From sequence record NC_031927.1: a stretch of DNA of 64,000 nt. One strand, 5' to 3'. Positions 8,278 to 21,539 of this stretch are shown one piece after another (the first letter of the stretch is position 1; every line of letters begins with the position of its first letter). Both the position numbers and the translations under genes were made by a program. Below the pieces are notes generated by a model. The model made no database searches and was not told the origin of the DNA. It was given only the letters and a program-made list of their open reading frames with translations.

Positions 8278-8516
8278 TGAAAACATTACTAGAACGCGAA
8301 GGTTACAGGTTTGTCGAAGCTGGTATTATCGAACTAAATGGTAAACCAGATTATCGTCTCCAAAAACAAGACTTCTATACGAAGCGTTGGAATGACGAGT
8401 ATCTATTCGATAATCAAATGCAATGTAGTATTGCTATGGGGGATATAGAGTATGCAAAATGGCTGTGTGGTGATCCAGCATACGTGAGAGATGTGATAGT
8501 TAGCCCATATAACTAG
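8277..8516 (+). CDS. Conserved cyanophage hypothetical protein
   Basis: TAATG coupling; MKTLLEREGYRFVEAGIIELNGKPDYRLQ. Confidence 0.8.
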   Translation: MKTLLEREGYRFVEAGIIELNGKPDYRLQKQDFYTKRWNDEYLFDNQMQCSIAMGDIEYAKWLCGDPAYVRDVIVSPYN

Positions 8517-8568
8517 TCTCGGTAAGACTTTAAAAGAGACCTAACCGAGTCCTCTTACTTTTACTCCA

Positions 8569-8793
8569 ATGAAAGCCACATCTTTTTTACGCTACATAGG
8601 AAATACACTACTCGTAATAGGACATTTCACACTACTCTGGGGAAGCACAGAGCCTGCATTAATTATCAAAATCATTGGCGGTGCGCTTATTCTTCCCTTT
8701 GCCGTAGGTTTAGCCCTATGGGATGTAGTTGCCTTAGAGTTAGTCTTTGGTTCTATGGACGTTACTAAATTGTATCAAGTCCTAGTTTCTTAG
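8569..8793 (+). CDS. Small multi-pass membrane protein
   Basis: Hydrophobic throughout. Confidence 0.75.
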   Translation: MKATSFLRYIGNTLLVIGHFTLLWGSTEPALIIKIIGGALILPFAVGLALWDVVALELVFGSMDVTKLYQVLVS

Positions 8794-8794
8794 T

Positions 8795-8977
8795 TCTACA
8801 AAAACTAAGTGGTGGAGCCAACTTATAGTTGACCCTTATGCCCTTGTCGGATGGGCTTTATAAATGCCGACTGGCGCGTCGTAGCAAAGGTTTCTCACTC
8901 TTCCTTAAAGAGTGAGTGGTGCGGATGATTTCATCGCATGGTTTTGCGATTCCATTTAAAGATCGTATGGCGAGCAT
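8795..8977 (+). ncRNA. Structured non-coding RNA, manA-motif-like
   Basis: ORF-free region with several stems (CTCACTCTT/AAGAGTGAG; GCGGATG/CATCGC; GCGAT/ATCGT; ATGG/CCAT pseudoknot-like pairing), followed by a terminator. Family assignment is from memory of the cyanophage manA RNA. Confidence 0.55.
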
Positions 8978-9004
8978 GTTAATATACCCAATCATTTTTT
9001 GATG

Positions 9005-9028
9005 CCCCCTTCGGAAAGGGGTTTTTTT
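9005..9028 (+). terminator. Rho-independent terminator
   Basis: CCCCT-TCGGAA-AGGGG-TTTTTTT. Confidence 0.8.
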
Positions 9029-9059
9029 ATGCTATAATATATAATGTATTATTTGTGTA

Positions 9060-9935
9060 ATGGTAATGTATCATGAACGTATGAAGTTACGAAAAGATGC
9101 TTATTCTAAAAAGTTAGACAATGTAACATCGAGGTGCTATTTTGCAAATGGATTTGCAACTAGGATTAAAAATATTGTAAGTTGCCACAGAATTGCAAAT
9201 AACGTTCAAGTTTATTGGGATGCAAATTGTAAACCATTTTACTATAAAAAATTAAATGAATACTTCCCTGATCTAGTGGAAACCGATGAGTATGTCTCAA
9301 AGACATGGAGACAAGGATGGAGATTAGCCACTTTTCCTGGAGAAATTGGGGAAGGTTTTTCAAATAAAGACGCAATTTTTGAAGAGTTTGATAGTCCAAT
9401 TGTTATCCCATCTCATGGAAAGGGTCGTTGTATTGATTATGAATATCATAGAATTCCCCAACCAATTATCGATGACTATCTTAAAATATTCTCTGAGTTG
9501 AGAATTAAAGATTCTTTTCTTGAGACTGCGGATAAGTTTGCTAAGGAAAATTTTAATTCTGAAACTGTTTCTGTGCATATTAGAAATTGGGTTGACTTTG
9601 CACCTAGAGGAAAAATGCACACCCTATCTCCCTTCATTGACTTGATGGTAGAGCATCCAACATCAAAGTTTTTTGTTTCTACGGATAGTCCCAATAATAT
9701 CAAAATCCTAAAAGAAACGTTTGGTGATGATCGCATTATTAGCTATTGTGGAACAGATCCATCATTTGATGTCTTTATTGATTTACTTCTCTTATCGAAG
9801 AATCGGAATTTGATTGGTTCTGTAATGAGCACTTTTAGTGAAGTTGCTTGGTGGTTAGGTGGAGCTACGGCAAAGGTCAAAATTGCTTATGGTCCCAAGA
9901 CAATGAAGTATATGTACCCAAAACATCACATTTAA
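9060..9935 (+). CDS. O-fucosyltransferase-like (NodZ/GT23-type) glycosyltransferase
   Basis: VSVHIR, FFVSTD and DLLLLSK..LIGSVMSTFSEVAWWLG motifs of GDP-fucose-using GT-B enzymes. Confidence 0.65.
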   Translation: MVMYHERMKLRKDAYSKKLDNVTSRCYFANGFATRIKNIVSCHRIANNVQVYWDANCKPFYYKKLNEYFPDLVETDEYVSKTWRQGWRLATFPGEIGEGFSNKDAIFEEFDSPIVIPSHGKGRCIDYEYHRIPQPIIDDYLKIFSELRIKDSFLETADKFAKENFNSETVSVHIRNWVDFAPRGKMHTLSPFIDLMVEHPTSKFFVSTDSPNNIKILKETFGDDRIISYCGTDPSFDVFIDLLLLSKNRNLIGSVMSTFSEVAWWLGGATAKVKIAYGPKTMKYMYPKHHI

Positions 9936-9975
9936 ACCATTTGTGCTATAATATATTTGTAGCAATCCATTTGTA

Positions 9976-10977
9976 ATGAAAGTAGCACTTATTACTGGGA
10001 TCACAGGGCAAGATGGATCTTACCTAGCTGAACTTCTCCTTCAGAAAGGATATACAGTTCACGGTATTATCCGTCGTGCTTCTATGATTAACACCCACAG
10101 AATTGACCATATCTTTGACCGCATCACTCTCCATTATGGAGACCTTACCGATGCTTTGAGTATCGTATCTATTATTAAAACAGTTCAACCAGATGAAATA
10201 TATAACCTAGGGGCTCAGAGTCACGTTAAGGTTTCATTTGATCAGCCTGAATACACAGCACAGACCGACGCATTGGGCACTCTAAGGGTGCTAGAAGCCG
10301 TCCGTCTTCTTGGTATGGAATCATACGTAAGAATCTACCAAGCGAGCACCAGTGAGCTTTATGGGCTAGTTCAGGAGACACCCCAGAAAGAAACCACTCC
10401 AATGTATCCACGATCCCCTTATGGAGTTGCTAAACTATATGGGTTCTGGATCATCAAAAACTACAGGGAAAGCTATGACATACATGCCTCTAGCGGTATT
10501 CTATTCAATCACGAAAGCTCACGCAGAGGAGAGACGTTCGTCACACGCAAGATCGTCCGAGCCTTGTCCCGAATTAGTGTGGGACTCCAAAGTGATCTAC
10601 AACTTGGAAACCTCAATGCCCGACGTGACTGGGGACACGCCAAAGACTACGTAGAGGCTATGTGGTTGATGCTTCAGCAAGAGAAGCCAGATGATTATGT
10701 GATCGCAACTGGTGAGCAGTATTCTGTAAAGGACTTTGTTAATGCTGCAGCACCATACTTTGGGTTCAATATTGAATGGAGAGGTGAAGGTCTTGATGAG
10801 TTTGGATTCTGTCTCAATACTGGTAGAACAGTTGTAAAAGTCAATCCTAAATATTTCAGACCCGCAGAAGTAGAAACTCTTCTCGGTGATCCCACTAAAG
10901 CAAAGGAAGTTCTTGGATGGACTCCTACTTATACATTTAATGAACTAGTTGAAGAGATGGTACTTAATGGACAATAA
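9976..10977 (+). CDS. gmd: GDP-mannose 4,6-dehydratase
   Basis: [62 protein letters not shown]. Confidence 0.97.
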   Translation: MKVALITGITGQDGSYLAELLLQKGYTVHGIIRRASMINTHRIDHIFDRITLHYGDLTDALSIVSIIKTVQPDEIYNLGAQSHVKVSFDQPEYTAQTDALGTLRVLEAVRLLGMESYVRIYQASTSELYGLVQETPQKETTPMYPRSPYGVAKLYGFWIIKNYRESYDIHASSGILFNHESSRRGETFVTRKIVRALSRISVGLQSDLQLGNLNARRDWGHAKDYVEAMWLMLQQEKPDDYVIATGEQYSVKDFVNAAAPYFGFNIEWRGEGLDEFGFCLNTGRTVVKVNPKYFRPAEVETLLGDPTKAKEVLGWTPTYTFNELVEEMVLNGQ

Positions 10978-11890
10978 TTCCACAGTTGCAATTTTTGGGT
11001 CTGGTGGTCTAGCTGGAGGAGCAATCACCAGACAGTTTATAAACAAAAGACATAAACTACTCTTACCTCGCAGTAAAGATTTAGATTTACGAGAACAAGC
11101 TGATGTTCGTGCTTGGTTCAAAGCCAATAAAGTTGATTATGTAATCCTAGCTGCTGCCCTAGTCGGCGGCATTATGGCTAACAAGACTCGCAAAGCGGAG
11201 TTCTTACACGACAATCTAATGATGCAGTGTAATGTAATTGACTCTGCTTACTATTCAGGTGTTAAGAAGCTCCTATTCCTAGGAACATCTTGCATCTATC
11301 CTGCTGGACGCCAACACCCACTAAAAGAAAATGAACTCCTTACGGGGGCTCTTGAGCCTACTAACGACGCTTACGCCATCGCAAAGATCGCAGGAATCAA
11401 ACAATGTGACTTCTACAGGGAGCAATATGGATTTGATGCTATCTCTATTATGCCTCCTAATCTATATGGTCCTGGAGACAATTTCCACGAGGGATCAGGT
11501 CACGTCCTCGCATCGTTGATGAACCGCTTCCACAACGCCAAGGTGGCTGGTGAAGCCACTGTAGCTTGCTGGGGTGACGGAACACCTATGAGAGAGTTTC
11601 TCTTCTCTGAAGACCTAGCAGAAGCCTGTGCGTTCTTTATGGATAACTACAGTGACTACGGTCACGTCAATGTTGGAACTGGTGAAGACATCACCATCAA
11701 ACACCTAGCAGAGAGTATTGCAAAGGTTATTGGTTTTGAAGGAGAGATCCTATGGGACACTTCAAAACCAAATGGAAATCCTCGCAAATTACTTGACAGC
11801 ACTGTGGCTAATGAGTTAGGATGGAAGCCCAAGACCAGTTTTGAAGATGGTCTACAGAAAACTTACAACTGGTATTTAAACAATGTATGA
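10967..11890 (+). CDS. fcl: GDP-L-fucose synthase (WcaG/Fcl; ColC-type activity possible)
   Basis: [57 protein letters not shown]. Confidence 0.93.
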   Translation: MDNNSTVAIFGSGGLAGGAITRQFINKRHKLLLPRSKDLDLREQADVRAWFKANKVDYVILAAALVGGIMANKTRKAEFLHDNLMMQCNVIDSAYYSGVKKLLFLGTSCIYPAGRQHPLKENELLTGALEPTNDAYAIAKIAGIKQCDFYREQYGFDAISIMPPNLYGPGDNFHEGSGHVLASLMNRFHNAKVAGEATVACWGDGTPMREFLFSEDLAEACAFFMDNYSDYGHVNVGTGEDITIKHLAESIAKVIGFEGEILWDTSKPNGNPRKLLDSTVANELGWKPKTSFEDGLQKTYNWYLNNV

Positions 11891-13034
11891 TTGGAAATTA
11901 ATGGATGATACGGTCACACTTCGTGATCGTATGAAGATGGCTAAGTTTGTTCTAACTACTAGCCGACTAACACAAGGACCACAAGTTCGTAAATTTGAGG
12001 AGCATTGGAGTGACTGGCTTGGAGTTAAACATTCTCTTTTTGTTAGTAGTGGTAGTACTGCCAACAGTCTTTTGGTATCTGCTTGGAAAGATCTAAATGA
12101 TATTCCAGATGGTGCAAAGGTTATTGTTCCTGCCTGCACTTGGGTGACTAACATTGCACCAATCATTCAAAACAATCTAACCCCAGTATTTTGTGATATC
12201 AATCTAAAGGACTTTAGCTTTGATATTAGTTCTCTTCAGACTATTGCATGTGAGCATAAAGATATCCGGGCAATCTTCGTCACACACCTACTAGGTTTCC
12301 CTGCACGGGTAGAGGAGTTTCATAAGATCTTCCCTAACGCAGACATCCTAGAAGACGTTTGTGAGAGCCACGGTGCCGTTATTGAAGGTGGGACTATGGC
12401 TGGTACATATGATGTAGGAGGGACATTCAGCTTCTACTTTGGTCATCATATGACTACTGTTGAGGGTGGTATGGTATCCACTAACAATAGTGATATGTAT
12501 GACTTGATGCGTATGAAGCGCTCTCACGGTTTATCTCGTGAGTCGGTTCATTCTAAAGAGTATGCGAAGATGTATCCCGAGATCAATCCACAGTTCCTCT
12601 TTATGACTGATGGTTATAACTTCCGTAATAATGAGATTGGTGCTGTATTGGGTCAGTCTCAACTAAAGCGTTTGGATAATATGATCGTCAAGCGTAATGA
12701 TAATTATAAGACATACTTCGAGATTGTATCTCTATACTCCCATCTATTCCATGTTCCTGCTTACATTCCAAATCGTATTAGTAGCTTCTGCTTCCCTCTA
12801 ATCTCTAGGGACAAAGCAACTCATCTAAGACTACAGGAGTTGTTGACTGAGTATCGTGTAGAGTATCGCCCAGTTGTAGGTGGAAACTTACTCAAGCAGC
12901 CTTTCTTATCTGCTTATCACGCAGACTGCCCTAACGCAGACATCCTCCACGACCGTGGATTGTATGTTGGAAACAGTCACTTTGTTGGTATAAGCCACTT
13001 ACTAATGCTTGAAGAAATTTTGGAGCAACTTTGA
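11883..13034 (+). CDS. DegT/DnrJ-family PLP enzyme, ColD-type GDP-4-keto-6-deoxymannose 3-dehydratase
   Basis: SSGSTAN, EDVCESHGA and SFYFGHHMTTVEGG (His in place of the Schiff-base Lys); no E1-type Fe-S Cys cluster. Confidence 0.75.
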   Translation: MYDWKLMDDTVTLRDRMKMAKFVLTTSRLTQGPQVRKFEEHWSDWLGVKHSLFVSSGSTANSLLVSAWKDLNDIPDGAKVIVPACTWVTNIAPIIQNNLTPVFCDINLKDFSFDISSLQTIACEHKDIRAIFVTHLLGFPARVEEFHKIFPNADILEDVCESHGAVIEGGTMAGTYDVGGTFSFYFGHHMTTVEGGMVSTNNSDMYDLMRMKRSHGLSRESVHSKEYAKMYPEINPQFLFMTDGYNFRNNEIGAVLGQSQLKRLDNMIVKRNDNYKTYFEIVSLYSHLFHVPAYIPNRISSFCFPLISRDKATHLRLQELLTEYRVEYRPVVGGNLLKQPFLSAYHADCPNADILHDRGLYVGNSHFVGISHLLMLEEILEQL

Positions 13035-13035
13035 T

Positions 13036-13830
13036 ATGACTATTTCTTTTAATTATTTGGGTAACCTGGGACACTTGGGAAACCAAATGTTTCAGTATGC
13101 CGCATTGATGGGTCTTAGCTCCAAGTATAATAGAACCTTTTGTATTCCACATCCCGATACATTTTCAACTGCGAGTTATCAAGAAAATAGAAGCAGTATC
13201 TATAGCGCCTTTGATATCAAACCTCCACATGTTGGGATGAGTAAATTCAACCCAGTTTCAGAGGCACACTTTCATTTTGATAACAACTTATTTGAGAACC
13301 TTCCACCCCAAGATATTGATCTTCGTGGATACTTTCAATGTGAAAAGTGGTTTAAGCATATTGAAGATGATGTGAGAAAGGCATTCACATTCAAGCCCGA
13401 GTATATGGAAGTAGCTCAGTTGATGCGAGATCAGTTAGATGGTGAAGTAATTTCTCTTCATATTAGAAGAACTGATTATATTACCAACCCAAATCATTAT
13501 TGTATGCATATGGGTTACTATTTGAAAGCATTAAAAGTTATGCCTTCTGAGCCAAAGGTAATCATTTTTAGTGATGATACTGAATGGGCAAAGGATCAGA
13601 AAGAGTTTCCTGATGATAGGTTCCTTGTATCCGAGACAAATTGTCCATACACAGATATGGCTCTGATGACTTTATGCGACTACCACATCAATGCAAACAG
13701 CTCCTTCTCCTGGTGGGGCTCTTGGCTATCTAACAGCAAGAAAGTAACAGCTCCAAGTGATTGGTTTTCTGGTCCACTAACTAGTAATAACTTATCTGAT
13801 ATTTATTGTGATGGATGGGAAGTAATCTAA
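13036..13830 (+). CDS. GT11 alpha-1,2-fucosyltransferase-family protein
   Basis: GHLGNQMFQYA, GYFQ, HIRRTDY, FSDD, ANSSFSWWGSWL. Confidence 0.92.
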   Translation: MTISFNYLGNLGHLGNQMFQYAALMGLSSKYNRTFCIPHPDTFSTASYQENRSSIYSAFDIKPPHVGMSKFNPVSEAHFHFDNNLFENLPPQDIDLRGYFQCEKWFKHIEDDVRKAFTFKPEYMEVAQLMRDQLDGEVISLHIRRTDYITNPNHYCMHMGYYLKALKVMPSEPKVIIFSDDTEWAKDQKEFPDDRFLVSETNCPYTDMALMTLCDYHINANSSFSWWGSWLSNSKKVTAPSDWFSGPLTSNNLSDIYCDGWEVI

Positions 13831-14600
13831 TGGGAAAAAATTTAGTATGTCAGATCTTTTTTGATAAAAAATTGATTACTGATTATAAAGTTCATGAAAA
13901 AGACCAGACAAGAGGTGAGGTTGTAACATCTAAGCATTTAGATAATGAGTTGTTCCAACATTCTCAAATACTTGCTAAAAGATACGCAGAGCGTGTAGGT
14001 GCGGATTACATCCTATTTGATAAACCACATATCAATTTTTATAATCCATCTCAAGAAAGATTTAGATTGATGGAAGAAGACCATTGGGCAGAGACATATG
14101 ATAATATATTATATGTTGACTGTGATGCGTTTATCTACAACGAATGCCCCAATATCTTTGAGGAGTATCCACAAGAAAATTTAAGGATTGCTAGGGATAT
14201 GAACCCAGCTATTCCTAATCAGGAGAATGTAATTGTTAGTGAGGTTGGTCTTGATAAAGTGCGCCAATCATATTTCAATGCTGGAATTCTATTGATGCAC
14301 TCATCCACACTTAGGGAATTAAAAAAGGTCATCAAATATAAGGAAAGATTTTCTCTCTTACCTTATGGTGATCAGTCCGAGTTAAATTACTGCACATTGA
14401 AGTATGACATCCCCCATACAGTAATGGACCAAAGATTCAACTCATATGACAGAGATGCATTTATCGGTCATCTATACGGTACGCAAAAGTTTGATGGACT
14501 ATTCCATAGTGCATATCACCTGAAGAAAGCTAAAGAGCAAGCACTAGGTATCAAACCGAAGAAAAAGAAGCTACCATTCACAGTAAAAACTAATTATTAA
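13830..14600 (+). CDS. GT-A glycosyltransferase (GT8-like)
   Basis: ILYVDCD (DxD), YFNAGILL, DQSELN. Confidence 0.75.
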   Translation: MGKNLVCQIFFDKKLITDYKVHEKDQTRGEVVTSKHLDNELFQHSQILAKRYAERVGADYILFDKPHINFYNPSQERFRLMEEDHWAETYDNILYVDCDAFIYNECPNIFEEYPQENLRIARDMNPAIPNQENVIVSEVGLDKVRQSYFNAGILLMHSSTLRELKKVIKYKERFSLLPYGDQSELNYCTLKYDIPHTVMDQRFNSYDRDAFIGHLYGTQKFDGLFHSAYHLKKAKEQALGIKPKKKKLPFTVKTNY

Positions 14601-14604
14601 ACCA

Positions 14605-15174
14605 ATGACTGTTGATGTAAACTATTGGAGTACTTTCTACTCATCAAATCACACTCTAGATTCCTCCAACTTCTGTAGGTTTGTATTAGAGTACTTTAAA
14701 AATCAGTCTTCACTACGCATCCTAGATGCTGGCTGTGGTAATGGTAGAGATAGCTATGCCCTATCCAAATTACACATAGTAACTGGTATAGATACTGCCG
14801 ACTATGTTCCTGAGTCAACAGAGACTTGCTCATTTGAGACTGGAGATTTCTGCACACATGATAAAGATTCTTACGATATTGTGTATTCTAGATTTACTCT
14901 ACACTCAATTACAGATGAGCAACAGGTAGAATTCATCAAGTCTATTGTAAATGCTGGGACTTTCTTATGCATTGAGTGTAGAAGTGATGGAGACATTGAT
15001 ACTGTAAGGGAGCATGGTGATGACCACTATAGAAACTTTGTAAGCTTTGTTCGCCTTCAGAGTATATTGTTGGAGAATGGATTTATAGTGCATGTTGCTG
15101 AAGAAAGTAGGGGATTTGCACCATACAAAGCAGAAGATCCAGTTTGTGTACGATTCATTGCGGAGAAAAATTGA
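14605..15174 (+). CDS. Class I SAM-dependent methyltransferase
   Basis: ILDAGCGNGRDS motif I; YDIVYSRFTLHSI. Confidence 0.9.
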   Translation: MTVDVNYWSTFYSSNHTLDSSNFCRFVLEYFKNQSSLRILDAGCGNGRDSYALSKLHIVTGIDTADYVPESTETCSFETGDFCTHDKDSYDIVYSRFTLHSITDEQQVEFIKSIVNAGTFLCIECRSDGDIDTVREHGDDHYRNFVSFVRLQSILLENGFIVHVAEESRGFAPYKAEDPVCVRFIAEKN

Positions 15175-15704
15175 TGGCAGGTTATCCTGAAAAAGCAGAA
15201 AAGCTAAACACCACACTACTCTGGACTCTCGATCTTCTTGAGACTAGAGGTATTGATAAGTGGTTTGTATCTTATGGTACTTTATTGGGTTTGATTCGTG
15301 ATGGATCATGTATTGATGGTGATGATGATGTAGACATCTGCATTGACAAAGATTGTTGGGATGATGTATATGATCCAATCAAAAAATTGAATAGACTCAA
15401 TGAGCAGTATGTAAAAGAGAACATTATCATCACCAAAAGAACTGCGACATACTCACAAGTAGATTTTTATTGCTGTGATGTAAATGAGCAAGGTGACTTC
15501 AATGATACATGGGAAGATGTTATTTGGAGTAGATGCTATAATGAGTCTGACAAAATTCCAACCATTGAGTTTCAGGGAAGACATTTGAATGTTCCTCATA
15601 ATGCAATTGAAAAACTTTCTAAGCGTTATGGTTCTACTTGGAATCAGAGAATCAAAAGAGGAACTGAAGCCGGAGATGGTTATCGTAAAATAAAAGTATT
15701 ATGA
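15174..15704 (+). CDS. LicD-family nucleotidyltransferase-fold protein
   Basis: WFVSYGTLLGLIRDG...DDDVDI. Confidence 0.85.
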   Translation: MAGYPEKAEKLNTTLLWTLDLLETRGIDKWFVSYGTLLGLIRDGSCIDGDDDVDICIDKDCWDDVYDPIKKLNRLNEQYVKENIIITKRTATYSQVDFYCCDVNEQGDFNDTWEDVIWSRCYNESDKIPTIEFQGRHLNVPHNAIEKLSKRYGSTWNQRIKRGTEAGDGYRKIKVL

Positions 15705-16519
15705 AAAATGAAGTTATGAGACACGACCTAAAAGACACTACATTTATTATACCTCTACGCATTGAGAGTGGAGACAGAATGCGTAATGTAATTACTTCAT
15801 TATGTTATATACTATCAAACTTTGATACTCATATCATTGTAAAGGAGGGTGATACCTCTTCTATATTTCTTGAGGATGTTCTTCCACAAGTAAAAGATTT
15901 CATGGAAGTAGATGAGATTCCTAATCTATTACATGTCTTTGAGGACACGAGTGCTTCTGAGTTCCATAGAACTAGGTATCTTAATGAGATGACTCATATG
16001 GCTACAACAAAGGTTGTGGTTAATTATGATTGTGATATCATCCTTCCCGTGGAGTCCTACATAAAAGCACAGGCAATGATTATTGATGGACCTTCTGATG
16101 TGGTCTATCCATATGGATTCGGTAACTATGCTAAAATGGTAACCGTAGATGATTCAATTGTCTCTGAATTCCTAACTGAAGGATTCAGTATTAATCTCCT
16201 AGAAAAAACTACAAAGCTAAACAATGCTCGTTTTGGTTTCTGTCAGTTCTTTGATAGAGAGGTTTACATCAGTGGTGGCGGGGAAAACGAAAAGTTCATT
16301 GCATATGCTCCTGAAGATGAAGAGAGGGCATTTAGATTTATTACTTTGGGATATAAAGTAGATCGTATTGATCAATTTGTATATCACCTAGAGCATTCAA
16401 GGACACCCAATTCGTGGTATAATAATCCTCATATGCAGAACAATTTTGCCTTATGGGAAGTTTTACAGAAAATGGACAAGCATCAACTAATTGAGCACTA
16501 CAACTTATACAATGGATAA
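15701..16519 (+). CDS. GT-A glycosyltransferase (GT7/GT2 C-terminal-like)
   Basis: YDCD (DxD), GGENEKFIAYAPEDEER, YHLEH. Confidence 0.75.
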   Translation: MKNEVMRHDLKDTTFIIPLRIESGDRMRNVITSLCYILSNFDTHIIVKEGDTSSIFLEDVLPQVKDFMEVDEIPNLLHVFEDTSASEFHRTRYLNEMTHMATTKVVVNYDCDIILPVESYIKAQAMIIDGPSDVVYPYGFGNYAKMVTVDDSIVSEFLTEGFSINLLEKTTKLNNARFGFCQFFDREVYISGGGENEKFIAYAPEDEERAFRFITLGYKVDRIDQFVYHLEHSRTPNSWYNNPHMQNNFALWEVLQKMDKHQLIEHYNLYNG

Positions 16520-17339
16520 AAACAAAGCAATCGGAAAACTACGAGGAATCCCTAGGATCTTCTACATAAATCTGGACGACCATACAGAACGTCGTCAGTA
16601 TATGGAAGACCAGTTTGAATACTGGGGTATTCCTGAGGACAACTATACGAGAGTTCCTGCCCACGATGGTAGGGGTGATAATGATTTGGGTGATGTCCTA
16701 AAAGGTAAGTATCCAGAGCTAATGACTTCCAGTGAAGTTGGATGTACCGTATCACACTTAAAGGCACTTAAGTACTGGGTTGATAACTATCCAGAGGAAG
16801 AGTATCTTGTGGTTATGGAAGATGATTGTGACATTTCAACAGCTGGCTACTGGGGCTTTACATGGAATGATTTTGCGCGTAAAGTACCTTATCACTTTGA
16901 TGTAATTCAACTTGCCGTCATCAATCCCATTGAGATTAATGTTAAGCTTCATCTGAGATTCGTCAATGACTTCTCAACTGCCTGCTATATTATCCGTAAG
17001 CATCACGCAGAGAAGTTAGTCAAACTTCATTGTCGTGGTGATAAGTATAAGCTTGACCAGAACGTTAAGCCTCGTGCTGTTGCTGATGACTTAATCTACA
17101 ACTCTGGTTTATCCTTTGCTATCCCCCTGTTCTTATATAAGATTGCTTTGGGTTCTAGTATCCATGATATTCACGTGAATACATTCCACAAAAGTAGTCA
17201 TGATGGTCTATGGCAGTTCTGGAAAGAACAAGCACCAACCATCCCAGATTGGTCACAGTTCTTTGAGTATGATCCATACTATGGGACACTTCCACCCAGC
17301 CTAGTTGCTAAACAAGCTATCGAAGACCATAATAAATAA
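16512..17339 (+). CDS. GT25-family glycosyltransferase
   Basis: FYINLDDHTERR, SEVGCTVSHL, VMEDD, STACYII. Confidence 0.85.
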   Translation: MDKNKAIGKLRGIPRIFYINLDDHTERRQYMEDQFEYWGIPEDNYTRVPAHDGRGDNDLGDVLKGKYPELMTSSEVGCTVSHLKALKYWVDNYPEEEYLVVMEDDCDISTAGYWGFTWNDFARKVPYHFDVIQLAVINPIEINVKLHLRFVNDFSTACYIIRKHHAEKLVKLHCRGDKYKLDQNVKPRAVADDLIYNSGLSFAIPLFLYKIALGSSIHDIHVNTFHKSSHDGLWQFWKEQAPTIPDWSQFFEYDPYYGTLPPSLVAKQAIEDHNK

Positions 17340-17377
17340 GGTAGCAGGAACTAAAAAAATACACTCTTCTTTATATT

Positions 17378-21505
<4,128 letters not shown>

Positions 21506-21539
21506 ATAAGATATATCAAAGTACTGATACCATTACATC

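Noticed and set aside
8521-8529. GGTAAGACT shared with the 56159 sRNA candidate
   Set aside because: A single 9-mer match in 64 kb is compatible with chance, and the flanks do not align
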